Of a stretch of 32,000 bases of DNA, positions 15,229-25,375 are shown one piece after another (position 1 is the first letter of the stretch; every line of letters begins with the position of its first letter). Origin of the DNA: Stellaceae bacterium (GTDB lineage: Bacteria > Pseudomonadota > Alphaproteobacteria > ATCC43930 > CGMCC-115725); the NCBI GenBank assembly GCA_035935235.1, contig DASYXG010000465.1:1-32000 (forward strand). The letters are read 5' to 3'. The notes beneath the pieces are model-generated. The model was not told where the DNA came from. It worked only from the letters and a program-made list of their open reading frames with translations, and did not search any database. The translations under genes were made by a program, and so were the position numbers.

Positions 15229-16656
15229 ATGACCGATCGCGCCCCGACAGGCTTTTTCGACAATGTGGTCGACCGCACCTTGGCGAATTTACGCAACGTC
15301 TGGCGCGAAATCGCAACCTCGACGCGCGGGGTGCTGAGTGGTGCTCAACGATCCGATCTGCCGGAGGGCGACGCGGTCCAGCTGCGTCTGCAGATGCAGA
15401 GCTGTCTCGACGGCAGCGGCGGTGAGGTCGGCGCACGGGCCCGCGCCGCCGAGCTGGGCCGGACCTTTCTTGGGCTGAACTCGCTGGGGCGCACCAGGTT
15501 CCTGCGCATCCTGGCGACGGATTTCGATGTTGATCGGGCTGAGATCGATCGCCGCTGCGCGGCGCTGGCGAAGGCGCCGCCCGCTGATCGTCCGGCTGCC
15601 GAAATCGCTTTGAGGGTCGCCTTGGCGCCGCCCCGGGTGCGGCTGCTGCGTCGCTTCAATGCCCTCCCGGAGGGAGTCAAATTCCTGGTCGACCGCCGCG
15701 CCGAGTTGATCGAGCTGGCCGATGGCGACCCGTCGATGCGGGGGCTTGCCTCCGACCTACGCGAGCTGCTGGCGGACTGGTTCGATATCGGCTTTCTCGA
15801 GCTCAAGCGGATTAGCTGGGACTCGCCCGCGGCGCTGCTCGAGAAGCTGATCGCCTACGAGGCGGTGCATGAAATCCGCGGCTGGAACGACCTCAAGAAT
15901 CGGCTGGAGGCGGACCGTCGCTGTTTCGCTTTTTTCCACCCGCGCATGCCCGATGAACCGCTGATCTTCGTTGAGGTCGCGCTGGTACGCGGTATGGCCG
16001 AAAATATCCACACCCTGCTCGACGAGACCGCGCCGCATGGCGATCCGCACGCAGCGGACACGGCGATCTTTTATTCGATCTCGAACTGCCAGCGCGGCCT
16101 TGATGGGATCAGTTTCGGCGATTTCTTGATCAAGCGTGTCGTCGATGCACTCGCCGCGGAATTGCCGAAACTTAAGGTGTTTGCGACCCTGTCGCCGGTA
16201 CCGGGGTTCCGCGCTTGGTTGACCCAAGCGGGGAGCCGGCCTGATCTGCTGCTTCCAGTAGAAGTGCGAGCATTGTCGGCGCTGGCGGGCAACGGCGCAG
16301 AGCCCCCGGCCCTCGATGCTCTGCTCAACCGCCCGGATTGGCCGCGTGATCCCGTAATGGCGGCATCCTTGCGCGATCCGATGCTTCGGCTTTGCGCGCA
16401 TTATCTGGTTCAAGAAAAGGGAAGGGGTGGTCGCGCTGCCGATCCGGTCGCCCATTTTCACCTGACCAATGGCGCACGTGTCGAGCGCCTCAACTGGCTC
16501 GGTGACGTGTCGGCAAAGGGCCTGCAGCAATCGGCCGGCATCATGGTCAACTATCTCTACCGCCTGCCCGATATTGAGGCCAATCACGAGGCTTATCGCG
16601 GTGCGGGCGAAGTCGCCGTCGGGTCCTCCGTGCGTCATCTCGCCGGCAAACGCTGA
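15229..16656 (+). CDS. Malonyl-CoA decarboxylase
   Basis: 475-aa ORF. FFHPRMPDEPLIFVEVAL and FYSISNCQRGLDGISFGDFLIKRVV match the MCD/MatA family signature. Confidence 0.88.
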   Translation: MTDRAPTGFFDNVVDRTLANLRNVWREIATSTRGVLSGAQRSDLPEGDAVQLRLQMQSCLDGSGGEVGARARAAELGRTFLGLNSLGRTRFLRILATDFDVDRAEIDRRCAALAKAPPADRPAAEIALRVALAPPRVRLLRRFNALPEGVKFLVDRRAELIELADGDPSMRGLASDLRELLADWFDIGFLELKRISWDSPAALLEKLIAYEAVHEIRGWNDLKNRLEADRRCFAFFHPRMPDEPLIFVEVALVRGMAENIHTLLDETAPHGDPHAADTAIFYSISNCQRGLDGISFGDFLIKRVVDALAAELPKLKVFATLSPVPGFRAWLTQAGSRPDLLLPVEVRALSALAGNGAEPPALDALLNRPDWPRDPVMAASLRDPMLRLCAHYLVQEKGRGGRAADPVAHFHLTNGARVERLNWLGDVSAKGLQQSAGIMVNYLYRLPDIEANHEAYRGAGEVAVGSSVRHLAGKR

Positions 16657-16729
16657 ACCGCGTTCCGCGTCTATGTTTCCGGCGGGCGAGTATGTTAGAA
16701 CGCGGCGCGGCCGGCGCGGGGCACAAGCG

Positions 16730-16814
16730 GCGGGCGTGGCGGAATTGGTAGACGCACTGGATTTAGGTTCCAGCGATGAAAATCGTGGGGGTTCAAATCC
16801 CTCCGCCCGCACCA
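16730..16814 (+). tRNA. tRNA-Leu (TAG), long variable arm, CCA encoded
   Basis: Acceptor GCGGGCG/CGCCCGC, anticodon stem CTGGA/TCCAG with loop TTTAGGT, T loop TTCAAAT, 85 nt. Confidence 0.9.
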
Positions 16815-16863
16815 GCGTGACACCGAAGCCAGGCTGTTCCCCTAAGAAACATGAGTGTTTGAG

Positions 16864-18315
16864 ATGCAAGTGACCGAGACCAACGCCGACGGGCTGAAAC
16901 ACGAATTCAAGATCGTCATTCCCGCCGGCGAGCTCGAAACCCAGATTACCCAGCGCCTCGACCAGCTTGGCCGGCAGATTCGCCTACCGGGCTTCCGGCC
17001 GGGCAAGGTGCCGCAGACCTTGCTGCGCCAGCGTTACGGTAACGCCGTTCGCGGCGAGGTGCTGGAGAGCACGCTTCAGGGCAGCTCGGCCGAAGCGATT
17101 CGCGAGCGTAACCTGCGCCCGGCGTTGCAGCCCAAGGTCGAAATCGTTTCCGCCACGGAGGGCTCCGACCTCGAATACACGATGTCGGTTGAGGTTCTTC
17201 CGGATTTGCCTCAGCCCGATTTCGTCAAGCTCGGGCTTGAACGCCTCGTTGTCGAGATCCCCGACGTGGATGTCGATCAGGCCGTCGCGCGGATGGCCGA
17301 GCAATTCCGCAAATCGGAGCCGGTGACCCGTGCCGCCAAGAGCGGCGACATTCTTGTCGCCGACGTCATCGGCAAGGTCGGCGATCAGGAGATTCCCGGG
17401 ACTAAGGCCGAGGGACGGAACATAGAGCTGGGAGCGGAGGGCTTGCTTCCCGGCTTCACTGAGCAGCTCGAAAAGGTCAAGGCGGGGCAGAATCGCAGCG
17501 TCAAAGTCACGCTGCCTGAGAACTATGGAAACCCCGATTTCGCCGGCAAGGAAGCGGTGTTTGACATCACCGTCAAGGAGGTGCGCGAGCGTCAGCCGGC
17601 CATCATCGACGACAAGCTTGCCGAGGAGGTCGGGCTCGAAAACCTCGGCGAGCTCAAACAAGAGGTGCGCGACCGCATCGCCCGCGACTATTCGGTCGTG
17701 ACCCGCCAACGGCTGAAGCGGCTGCTGCTAGACAAGCTAGCGGCACAATACGATTTCCCCGTGCCGCCCGGCATGGTCGAGATCGAGTTCAACAATATCT
17801 GGCAGCAACACCAAGCCGAAAAAAACTACACTGCGGAAAATGCGGCCGCCAGTGGTGAGCCTGCTGCCGAGGCTGGTGCGCCCGCCGAGGACGACGAGAA
17901 GCTCAAGGCGGAATACCGGGGGCTCGCGGAGCGGCGCGTGCGGCTCGGCTTGCTCCTTGCAGAGGTGGGGCGCAACGCCAATATCAACGTCACTCAGGAC
18001 GAGCTGAACCAGGCCCTGATTCGGGAAGCGCAGCGTTTTCCGGGCTCTGAGCGGCGCGTCCTCGACTACTACCGCCAGAACCCCGAAGCGGCCGGCAATC
18101 TGCGGGCGCCGATCTTCGAGGAGAAGGTGGTCGACTATATCGTCGAGTTGGCGAAGCCCGAAGAGCGTAAGGTGAGCCCGCAGGAATTGCTGGCCTTGTC
18201 GGAAGCCGACGAGGCTGACGAAGCGGCCGAGAAACAGCCGGCCGAGAAGAAACCGCGGAGACAAACCAAGGCGCCCCGCACGACATCGCGGCCGCGCAAA
18301 GGAGCCAAGGAATGA
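16864..18315 (+). CDS. tig: Trigger factor
   Basis: N-terminus [20 protein letters not shown] from the ATG at 16864, with an FKBP-type middle domain. It has a basic C-terminal tail. Confidence 0.95.
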   Translation: MQVTETNADGLKHEFKIVIPAGELETQITQRLDQLGRQIRLPGFRPGKVPQTLLRQRYGNAVRGEVLESTLQGSSAEAIRERNLRPALQPKVEIVSATEGSDLEYTMSVEVLPDLPQPDFVKLGLERLVVEIPDVDVDQAVARMAEQFRKSEPVTRAAKSGDILVADVIGKVGDQEIPGTKAEGRNIELGAEGLLPGFTEQLEKVKAGQNRSVKVTLPENYGNPDFAGKEAVFDITVKEVRERQPAIIDDKLAEEVGLENLGELKQEVRDRIARDYSVVTRQRLKRLLLDKLAAQYDFPVPPGMVEIEFNNIWQQHQAEKNYTAENAAASGEPAAEAGAPAEDDEKLKAEYRGLAERRVRLGLLLAEVGRNANINVTQDELNQALIREAQRFPGSERRVLDYYRQNPEAAGNLRAPIFEEKVVDYIVELAKPEERKVSPQELLALSEADEADEAAEKQPAEKKPRRQTKAPRTTSRPRKGAKE

Positions 18316-18950
18316 ACGACCCTTACGAATACTACATGAACAATTTGGTACCGATGGTGGTCGAGCAGACCAACCGCGGTGAACGTGCCTACGACATCTA
18401 CTCTCGGCTGCTGAAGGAGCGGATCATTTTTCTCGTGGGGCCGATCCACGATGCGGTCGCGAGCCTCATCTGCGCTCAGCTTCTCTTCCTTGAAGCCGAG
18501 AACCCGAGCAAGGATATCGCCCTGTACATCAACTCGCCCGGAGGGGTGGTGACCTCCAGCCTGGCGATGTACGACACGATGCAATACATCCGTTCCCCGG
18601 TCTCGACCGTGTGCATTGGCCAGGCGGCTTCGGCCGGCTCGCTGCTGCTGTGTGCCGGCGCACCGGGCAAGCGCTTCTCGCTGCCGAATTCGCGGATCAT
18701 GATCCACCAGCCCTCGGGTGGCGCCCAGGGGCAGGCGACCGACATCGAGATCCAAGCCCGCGAGATTCTCGCGCTCAGGGCACGCCTCAACGATATCTAC
18801 GTTAAACACACGGGACAGCCGCTCGACGCGATCGTCAATGCGCTCGAGCGCGACAAGTTCCTGTCGCCGCTCGAAGCCAAGGAGTTCGGCCTCATTGACG
18901 AAGTGGTTGAGGCACGCCCCACGACCGCCGACGAGAAGGCACGCGCCTGA
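18312..18950 (+). CDS. clpP: ATP-dependent Clp protease proteolytic subunit
   Basis: 212 aa with [29 protein letters not shown], active-site GQAASAGS and IMIHQP. AAGGAG lies 8 nt upstream. The start overlaps the tig stop (ATGA). Confidence 0.97.
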   Translation: MNDPYEYYMNNLVPMVVEQTNRGERAYDIYSRLLKERIIFLVGPIHDAVASLICAQLLFLEAENPSKDIALYINSPGGVVTSSLAMYDTMQYIRSPVSTVCIGQAASAGSLLLCAGAPGKRFSLPNSRIMIHQPSGGAQGQATDIEIQAREILALRARLNDIYVKHTGQPLDAIVNALERDKFLSPLEAKEFGLIDEVVEARPTTADEKARA

Positions 18951-19110
18951 GTCGCTTCGTCGCGGCCCATTGAGGATTTAACTAGTTGTTGATCGAACCG
19001 GAGCACATATACTTGGACAGCCGGGAAAGGGCGGCTTGTGACCCGTCGCCCTCGCGCGGGCGCGGCAGTTTCAGCTGCGTTGCACGTGTGCGGCAAGGGA
19101 CGGAGCGGCG

Positions 19111-20379
19111 ATGACCAAGTCCAGCGGCGGCAGCGACTCCAAAAATACGCTGTACTGCTCCTTCTGCGGCAAGAGCCAGCACGAAGTCCGGAAGCTGATC
19201 GCCGGACCGACGGTCTTCATTTGTGACGAGTGCGTTGAGCTCTGCATGGACATCATCCGTGAGGAGCACAAGACGACGCTGGTTAAGTCGCGCGATGGGG
19301 TGCCGGGCCCACGAGACATCTGCCGGGTGCTTGACGATTATGTGATCGGCCAGAGCCATGCGAAGCGCGTGCTCTCGGTCGCGGTGCACAACCACTACAA
19401 GCGGCTCGCGCACGGCGCCAAGAACAACGATGTTGAGCTGGCAAAGTCGAACATCCTTCTGGTTGGGCCGACCGGCTCGGGGAAGACGCTGCTGGCGCAA
19501 ACACTGGCGCGGATCATCGACGTGCCGTTCACCATGGCCGATGCGACGACGCTGACCGAGGCCGGCTATGTCGGTGAGGACGTCGAGAACATCATCCTCA
19601 AACTGCTGCAGGCTGCAGACTACAACGTCGAGCGGGCACAGCGCGGCATCGTCTATATCGACGAGGTCGACAAGATCTCGCGTAAATCCGACAATCCGTC
19701 GATCACCCGCGACGTTTCGGGCGAGGGCGTGCAGCAGGCGCTCCTCAAAATCATGGAAGGCACGATCGCGTCGGTGCCGCCGCAGGGCGGGCGCAAACAC
19801 CCGCAGCAGGAATTCCTGCAAGTCGACACGACCAACATCCTGTTTGTGTGCGGCGGCGCGTTCTCGGGCCTTGAAAAAATCATCGCGCAACGCCGCCAGG
19901 GCACGTCGATTGGCTTCGGCGCCGAGGTGCGCGGTCCCGACGAGCGCAAGACCGGCGAGATCCTGCGCGATCTTGAACCGGAGGACTTGCTCAAATTCGG
20001 CCTGATCCCGGAGTTCGTCGGCCGCCTGCCCGTCGTCGCGACGCTGGACGACCTCGACGAGGACGCGCTGGTCGACATTCTCACCAAACCGAAGAATGCG
20101 CTGGTGAAACAGTACCAGCGTTTGTTCGAGATGGAGGATGTCCGCCTCGAATTAACCGAGGAGGCTCTTCGCGGCATCTCGCAAAAGGCGATCGCGCGCA
20201 AGACTGGCGCACGCGGCCTACGCTCGATCATGGAGTCGATCCTGCTCGATTCGATGTTCGAGCTGCCGAGCCTCGCCGGAGTGACCGAAATCGTCATCAA
20301 TCGGGAGGTTGTGGAGGGCCGAACCAAGCCTCTTCACATCTATTCCGACCGGCGCGGTGAAAGCGGCACCGCCGATTAG
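19111..20379 (+). CDS. clpX: ATP-dependent Clp protease ATP-binding subunit ClpX
   Basis: 422 aa with zinc finger [30 protein letters not shown] and Walker A GPTGSGKT. Confidence 0.97.
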   Translation: MTKSSGGSDSKNTLYCSFCGKSQHEVRKLIAGPTVFICDECVELCMDIIREEHKTTLVKSRDGVPGPRDICRVLDDYVIGQSHAKRVLSVAVHNHYKRLAHGAKNNDVELAKSNILLVGPTGSGKTLLAQTLARIIDVPFTMADATTLTEAGYVGEDVENIILKLLQAADYNVERAQRGIVYIDEVDKISRKSDNPSITRDVSGEGVQQALLKIMEGTIASVPPQGGRKHPQQEFLQVDTTNILFVCGGAFSGLEKIIAQRRQGTSIGFGAEVRGPDERKTGEILRDLEPEDLLKFGLIPEFVGRLPVVATLDDLDEDALVDILTKPKNALVKQYQRLFEMEDVRLELTEEALRGISQKAIARKTGARGLRSIMESILLDSMFELPSLAGVTEIVINREVVEGRTKPLHIYSDRRGESGTAD

Positions 20380-20495
20380 CGGGTCAGTACTGCGGTGGCA
20401 GGCGCTTGACGCCGCGTCACCGAACGCCAAACTAAGCTTGGTCTGGTAGGTTCGACCGTCGTTTCGGCGGGCGGAAAGCAGCGGAAAGAGGCCTT

Positions 20496-22910
20496 ATGTC
20501 AGATTCTGCACGCGTCGCGCTTTATCCCGTCCTGCCCCTGCGGGACATCGTCGTGTTTCCGCACATGATCGTGCCGCTCTTTGTCGGCCGCGAGAAGTCG
20601 GTGCGGGCGCTTGAAGACGTGATGAAGGACGACAAGCAGATCCTGCTGGTCACCCAGAAGAACGCCGCTCAGGACGATCCGACAACCGCCGATATTTTCA
20701 TGGTCGGCACGGTTGGTACAGTGCTGCAACTGCTGAAGTTGCCGGACGGCACGGTCAAAGTGCTGGTCGAAGGCGGTCAGCGCGCGCGCATCCAGCGCTT
20801 CGCGGAGAATGAGGCTTTCTTTCAGGCCTATGCCGAAGGGTTAGGCGATGGCGGCGCGTCAGTGCAAGAGACCGAAGCACTGGCTCGCACTGTGGTCTCC
20901 CAATTCGAGCAGTACATTAAGCTCAACAAAAAGATCCCGCCCGAGGTGCTGGTTTCGATCAATCAGATTGAGGAGCCCGGCAAGCTGGCCGACACGGTCG
21001 CCTCACACCTGAATCTCAAAATCCCCGAGAAGCAGGAGCTGCTCGAAACGGTCGCGGTGTCCGAGCGCCTGGAGAAGGTGTTCGGCTACATGGAAGGCGA
21101 GATCGGCGTCCTACAGGTCGAAAAACGCATCCGCAATCGCGTCAAGCGCCAGATGGAGAAGACGCAGCGGGAGTACTACCTTAACGAGCAGCTGAAGGCG
21201 ATTCAGAAGGAGCTCGGCGAGGGCGAGGACGGCAAGGACGAGATGGCCGAGCTCGAAGCCAAGATCGCCAAGACCAAATTTTCTAAGGAAGCGCGGGACA
21301 AGGCCTTGGCGGAGCTGAAAAAGCTGCGCAGCATGAGCCCCATGTCGGCCGAAGCGACGGTGGTCCGCAACTACCTCGACTGGATGCTGACTATCCCCTG
21401 GCACAATCGCACCAAGATCAAGCGCGACATTGCTGCGGCCGAGCGGGTACTCAACGCCGACCATTTTGGTCTGGAAAAGATCAAAGAGCGCATCCTTGAG
21501 TACCTCGCGGTGCAGCAGCGCATCAAGAAGATGAAGGGGCCGATCCTCTGTCTGGTTGGACCGCCGGGTGTCGGCAAGACCTCGCTTGGCAAATCCGTGG
21601 CGAAGGCGACCGGCCGCAACTTCGTGCGCATGTCGCTAGGCGGAGTGCGCGACGAAGCCGAGATCCGCGGCCATCGCCGGACCTATATCGGGTCGATGCC
21701 TGGCAAGATATTACAGGGCATGAAGAAGGCGAAATCGTCGAACCCGCTATTCCTGCTGGATGAGGTCGACAAGCTGGGCGCTGATTGGCGTGGCGACCCG
21801 TCCTCGGCACTGCTCGAGGTGCTCGATCCCGAGCAGAACTCGACCGTCAACGACCATTATCTGGAGGTCGATTACGACCTGTCGGATGTGCTCTTCGTGA
21901 CCACGGCCAACACGCTGCGCATGCCGCAGCCGCTGATGGATCGCATGGAGATCATCCGTATCCCGGGTTACACCGAGGATGAGAAGGTCGAGATCGCCAA
22001 GCGTCATCTGATCCCGAAGCAGGTCGAGGCGCATGGGTTGAAGAAATCGGAGTGGGCAATTAGCGAGGACGCGCTGCGCGACCTCATCCGCTTCTACACG
22101 CGCGAAGCTGGCGTGCGTAATCTTGAGCGGGAGATCGCCAATCTGACGCGGAAGGCGATCAAAGACATCCTGATGAAGAAGGCCGGTAAGGACGGGAAGG
22201 TCACCGTCACCCGGCGCAACTTGGACAAATACGCCGGCGTGCGTCGTTTCCGCTTCGGTGAAGCGGAAAGCGAAGATCTAGTTGGCGTGACAACCGGGCT
22301 GGCGTGGACTGAAGTCGGTGGGGAGCTGCTGACGATCGAGTCTGTGACGTTGCCAGGTAAGGGACGCGTCACCGCCACTGGCAAGCTCGGTGACGTGATG
22401 AAGGAGTCAGTCCAGGCGGCCGAGAGCTACGTCAAGTCGCGCAGCACGGCGTTCGGCATCCTGCCGTCAATCTTTGACAAGAAGGACATCCATGTCCACG
22501 TGCCGGAGGGCGCCACCCCAAAAGACGGACCATCGGCCGGTGTGGCGATGGTTACCTCGATCGTCTCGGTGCTGACCGGCATCCCAGTCAAGCGCGACAT
22601 CGCGATGACCGGCGAGATCACCCTGCGCGGTCGCGTCCTGCCGATCGGCGGATTGAAGGAAAAGCTCTTAGCGGCTCTGCGCGGCGGGTTAAAGACCGTG
22701 CTGATCCCGCTGGAGAACGAGAAGGATCTCGCCGAGATTCCTGACAACGTCAAGAAAGGCCTCAAGATCATCCCGGTCAATACGGCTGACGAGGTGCTGC
22801 TGCACGCCTTGGCGGGACCGCTCACTCCGATCGATTGGGCTGAAGAGAGCGAGACGGCTGCCGTTATTCCCGCCCAGGGCGAAGAGCGGTCGGGGCTTCT
22901 AACGCATTGA
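20496..22910 (+). CDS. lon: Lon protease
   Basis: 804 aa with Walker A GPPGVGKTS and protease serine motif PKDGPSAGVAM. Confidence 0.97.
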   Translation: MSDSARVALYPVLPLRDIVVFPHMIVPLFVGREKSVRALEDVMKDDKQILLVTQKNAAQDDPTTADIFMVGTVGTVLQLLKLPDGTVKVLVEGGQRARIQRFAENEAFFQAYAEGLGDGGASVQETEALARTVVSQFEQYIKLNKKIPPEVLVSINQIEEPGKLADTVASHLNLKIPEKQELLETVAVSERLEKVFGYMEGEIGVLQVEKRIRNRVKRQMEKTQREYYLNEQLKAIQKELGEGEDGKDEMAELEAKIAKTKFSKEARDKALAELKKLRSMSPMSAEATVVRNYLDWMLTIPWHNRTKIKRDIAAAERVLNADHFGLEKIKERILEYLAVQQRIKKMKGPILCLVGPPGVGKTSLGKSVAKATGRNFVRMSLGGVRDEAEIRGHRRTYIGSMPGKILQGMKKAKSSNPLFLLDEVDKLGADWRGDPSSALLEVLDPEQNSTVNDHYLEVDYDLSDVLFVTTANTLRMPQPLMDRMEIIRIPGYTEDEKVEIAKRHLIPKQVEAHGLKKSEWAISEDALRDLIRFYTREAGVRNLEREIANLTRKAIKDILMKKAGKDGKVTVTRRNLDKYAGVRRFRFGEAESEDLVGVTTGLAWTEVGGELLTIESVTLPGKGRVTATGKLGDVMKESVQAAESYVKSRSTAFGILPSIFDKKDIHVHVPEGATPKDGPSAGVAMVTSIVSVLTGIPVKRDIAMTGEITLRGRVLPIGGLKEKLLAALRGGLKTVLIPLENEKDLAEIPDNVKKGLKIIPVNTADEVLLHALAGPLTPIDWAEESETAAVIPAQGEERSGLLTH

Positions 22911-22920
22911 TTTGCATTGA

Positions 22921-22971
22921 CGGCCGTTGTCGCTAGCCCGCCAACTTCATGTGGGCCGGCGACAACGGCCG
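22921..22971 (+). other. Long stem-loop immediately 3' of lon (possible terminator, processing site or RNA element)
   Basis: Perfect 13-bp arms CGGCCGTTGTCGC (22921-22933) and GCGACAACGGCCG (22959-22971). The 25-nt loop can extend the stem by pairing GCCC with GGGC. An A-run follows, not a T-run. Confidence 0.35.
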
Positions 22972-23013
22972 GTAAGGTCCAAAAAAACCTTGCTTTCCCT
23001 ATGCGCGCCAGCG

Positions 23014-23042
23014 TTGACCCGTGGTCGGGTGCGCTCTACACT
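23014..23042 (+). promoter_or_regulatory. Putative sigma-70 promoter of hupB
   Basis: TTGACC (23014-23019), a 17-nt spacer, then TACACT (23037-23042). It lies about 54 nt upstream of the GTG start. Confidence 0.4.
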
Positions 23043-23095
23043 CCGGTTCGTATTCCGGCAAATTTCCTTCCGAACTTAAGGGTAGGGGGCGACAC

Positions 23096-23368
23096 GTGAA
23101 CAGAAACGAACTCGTCGATGCCGTTGCGGGTAAGGCCGATCTGTCAAAAACGGCCGCAAGCAAGGCAGTCGAGGCGGTGTTCGACTCGATCACCGGCGCG
23201 TTGAAGCGTGGCGGCGAGGTTCGCCTCGTTGGCTTTGGTACTTTCTCGGTCGCCCGGCGGGCGGCTTCGGAAGGCCGCAATCCGCGCACCGGCGAGAAGA
23301 TCAAGATCGCCGCGTCGAAGCAGGCTAAATTCAAGCCAGGCCGGCGCCTGCGCGACTCGCTCAATTAG
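23096..23368 (+). CDS. hupB: DNA-binding protein HU
   Basis: 90 aa from the GTG at 23096, with AGGGTAGGGGG upstream. NRNELVDAVAGKADLSKTAASKAVEAVFDSI...GFGTFSVARRAASEGRNPRTGEKIKI is a canonical HU sequence. The track start at 23021 adds a non-homologous leader. Confidence 0.9.
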   Translation: MNRNELVDAVAGKADLSKTAASKAVEAVFDSITGALKRGGEVRLVGFGTFSVARRAASEGRNPRTGEKIKIAASKQAKFKPGRRLRDSLN

Positions 23369-23393
23369 GTCGAGGGCCGGTTCGACGATGCCG

Positions 23394-23415
23394 TAACGCG
23401 GCCTCAGCCGCGTTA
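23394..23415 (+). terminator. Hairpin after hupB (weak terminator candidate)
   Basis: TAACGCGG-CCTCAG-CCGCGTTA, an 8-bp perfect stem with no U tract. Confidence 0.25.
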
Positions 23416-23420
23416 ACCGA

Positions 23421-23496
23421 GGGCGATTAGCTCAGCTGGTAGAGCATCTCGTTTACACCGAGGGGGTCGGGGGTTCGAATCCCTCATCGCCCACCA
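23421..23496 (+). tRNA. tRNA-Val (TAC), CCA encoded
   Basis: Acceptor GGGCGAT/ATCGCCC, anticodon stem TCTCG/CGAGG with loop TTTACAC, T loop TTCGAAT. Confidence 0.9.
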
Positions 23497-23602
23497 CGGC
23501 GCCGGTGCGCGTCTACGGAGCTAAAGCCACATCGATCTTCGCGAAAGGGGTCGACGTTGTGGGTTCCGCGTAAATGGCGGACCAGACCTGCCGCCCGTTA
23601 AC

Positions 23603-23632
23603 TTGACACTTGCTTGCGGGCAAGAGTACGAG
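23603..23632 (+). promoter_or_regulatory. Putative sigma-70 promoter of tRNA-Asp
   Basis: TTGACA (23603-23608), an 18-nt spacer, then TACGAG. It lies about 35 nt upstream of the tRNA-Asp 5' end, within the 172-nt Val-Asp spacer. Confidence 0.3.
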
Positions 23633-23668
23633 TGGCCGCCCCGCCAAAGGACCATTGGCGACCGCCAC

Positions 23669-23745
<77 letters not shown>

Positions 23746-23825
23746 CCGGTCCCGGTCGCCATTTCGGTGCCGACGGGGCGCCGCGACTGTACCGACCGCG
23801 GTTATCCTGCTTTGTCTGGGTCGAA

Positions 23826-24191
23826 ATGGACAGCCTGCTCGCCGAATATTTCCCGATCCTCGTCTTTCTCGCTATCGCTGGCGTGGTGGCGATGGCAATG
23901 ATCGCGGCATCCTTCATTCTGGCGCGGCAGCGCCCCGACTCCGAGAAATTGTCGCCATACGAATGCGGTTTCGAGCCGTTCGAAGACGCGCGGGTGCGTT
24001 TCGATGTGCGCTATTACCTAGTTGCCATTCTCTTCATCATCTTTGATCTCGAGGTCGCCTTCTTGTTTCCCTGGGCCGTGTCGCTTGGCGATATCGGAGT
24101 TTTCGGTTTCTGGTCGATGGTGGCGTTCCTTGGGGTGCTCACTGTTGGCTTTGCGTACGAGTGGATGAAAGGGGCGCTCGAATGGGAGTGA
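23826..24191 (+). CDS. nuoA: NADH-quinone oxidoreductase subunit A
   Basis: 121 aa with [42 protein letters not shown]. Confidence 0.95.
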   Translation: MDSLLAEYFPILVFLAIAGVVAMAMIAASFILARQRPDSEKLSPYECGFEPFEDARVRFDVRYYLVAILFIIFDLEVAFLFPWAVSLGDIGVFGFWSMVAFLGVLTVGFAYEWMKGALEWE

Positions 24192-24721
24192 TCACTCCTG
24201 GAAGCCCGGTTCCACCTGGCCATGAGCAGGATGTGCTGCTGCGCGCCGCGACCGAAGAGTTGCAAGATCGTGGGTTCATCGTCTCGTCGCTCGATGCGCT
24301 GGTAAACTGGGCCCGTAGCGGATCGCTATGGCCAATGACTTTTGGACTGGCGTGTTGCGCGGTCGAGATGATGCATACCGGCGCCAGTCGCTATGATCTC
24401 GACCGTTTCGGCGTCGTGTTCCGGCCGAGCCCGCGTCAGTCGGATGTGATGATCGTTGCCGGCACGCTCTGCAACAAGATGGCGCCGGCGTTACGCAAGG
24501 TTTACGACCAGATGGCCGAGCCGCGCTGGGTCATCTCGATGGGCTCCTGCGCCAATGGCGGCGGTTACTACCACTATTCCTATTCGGTCGTGCGCGGTTG
24601 CGATCGCATTGTTCCGGTTGACGTCTACGTCCCGGGCTGTCCACCGACCGCCGAAGCGCTACTCTACGGCGTGCTGCTCTTACAGAAAAAGATCAAGCGC
24701 ACCCGTAACTTCGTCCGTTGA
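24182..24721 (+). CDS. nuoB: NADH-quinone oxidoreductase subunit B
   Basis: From the ATG at 24182, a 10-nt overlap with nuoA. It has [16 protein letters not shown] and [11 protein letters not shown] (N2 cluster ligands). Confidence 0.95.
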   Translation: MGVITPGSPVPPGHEQDVLLRAATEELQDRGFIVSSLDALVNWARSGSLWPMTFGLACCAVEMMHTGASRYDLDRFGVVFRPSPRQSDVMIVAGTLCNKMAPALRKVYDQMAEPRWVISMGSCANGGGYYHYSYSVVRGCDRIVPVDVYVPGCPPTAEALLYGVLLLQKKIKRTRNFVR

Positions 24722-24730
24722 GCTACAGCG

Positions 24731-25375
24731 ATGGACGAGAAACTTGTTGCCCTTGCCGAACATCTCGCCGCGTCGCTACCCGGGGTCGTGCAGGACTATG
24801 CCATCCATTACGGAGAACTCAGTGTCACCATCCCGCGGGAGTCTATTATCGAGGTGCTGGCCTTCTTGCGAGACGACCCGCAGTGCCGGTTTAGTGCGCT
24901 CTGCGACATTTGCGGCGTCGACTATCCCGACCGGCCGCTGCGCTTTGAGGTCGTTTATAATCTCTTGAGCATGAGCCAGAATCTGCGCATCCGGGTGAAG
25001 CTAGAGACGGACGAAGAGCAGGCCGTGCCATCCGCGGTCGGCGTGTTCAGCGCCGCTGGCTGGTGGGAGCGCGAGGCATGGGATTTGTTCGGGGTCTATT
25101 TCAGCGACCACCCCGATTTGCGCCGCATTCTTACCGACTATGGATTTGACGGGCATCCGCTGCGCAAGGATTTTCCGCTCACTGGCTATGTCGAGCTGCG
25201 ATATGACGAAGACCAGAAGCGCGTCGTCTACGAGCCAGTGAAACTGAAACAGGAGTTCCGTAGTTTCGACTTCCTGTCACCCTGGGAAGGGATGGACAGC
25301 ATTCTGCCTGGCGACGAGAAGGCGAGCGGCCCAGATGGGACTGACGCGGCCGAAAAGGACTTGAAGGCGCCATGA
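24731..25375 (+). CDS. nuoC: NADH-quinone oxidoreductase subunit C
   Basis: 214 aa with [43 protein letters not shown]. Confidence 0.95.
   Translation: MDEKLVALAEHLAASLPGVVQDYAIHYGELSVTIPRESIIEVLAFLRDDPQCRFSALCDICGVDYPDRPLRFEVVYNLLSMSQNLRIRVKLETDEEQAVPSAVGVFSAAGWWEREAWDLFGVYFSDHPDLRRILTDYGFDGHPLRKDFPLTGYVELRYDEDQKRVVYEPVKLKQEFRSFDFLSPWEGMDSILPGDEKASGPDGTDAAEKDLKAP

Noticed and set aside
16658-16705. 8-bp inverted repeat CCGCGTTC...GAACGCGG after the malonyl-CoA decarboxylase gene, considered as a terminator. The short hairpins at 12291-12305 and 10830-10842 were considered in the same way.
   Set aside because: The stems are short, the loops are either very long (32 nt) or very tight (3 nt), and there is no convincing U tract. 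They are not distinguishable from chance GC-rich palindromes.
18951-19110. Sigma-32 (RpoH) heat-shock promoters upstream of clpX and of lon (20380-20495). This includes CTTGAC at 20405-20410 overlapping the palindrome TGACG-CCG-CGTCA (20407-20419).
   Set aside because: I could not find a -10 element resembling CCCCAT/CYTAT at the right spacing. The CTTGAC-N16-CCAAACT arrangement is too weak to call without transcription-start data.
23497-23668. The 172-nt spacer between tRNA-Val and tRNA-Asp was examined for a third tRNA, tmRNA or sRNA, because it contains GTGGGTTCCGCG resembling a T-arm.
   Set aside because: No cloverleaf or acceptor/T-arm pairing can be built around it. It is best explained as a spacer carrying a candidate tRNA-Asp promoter.
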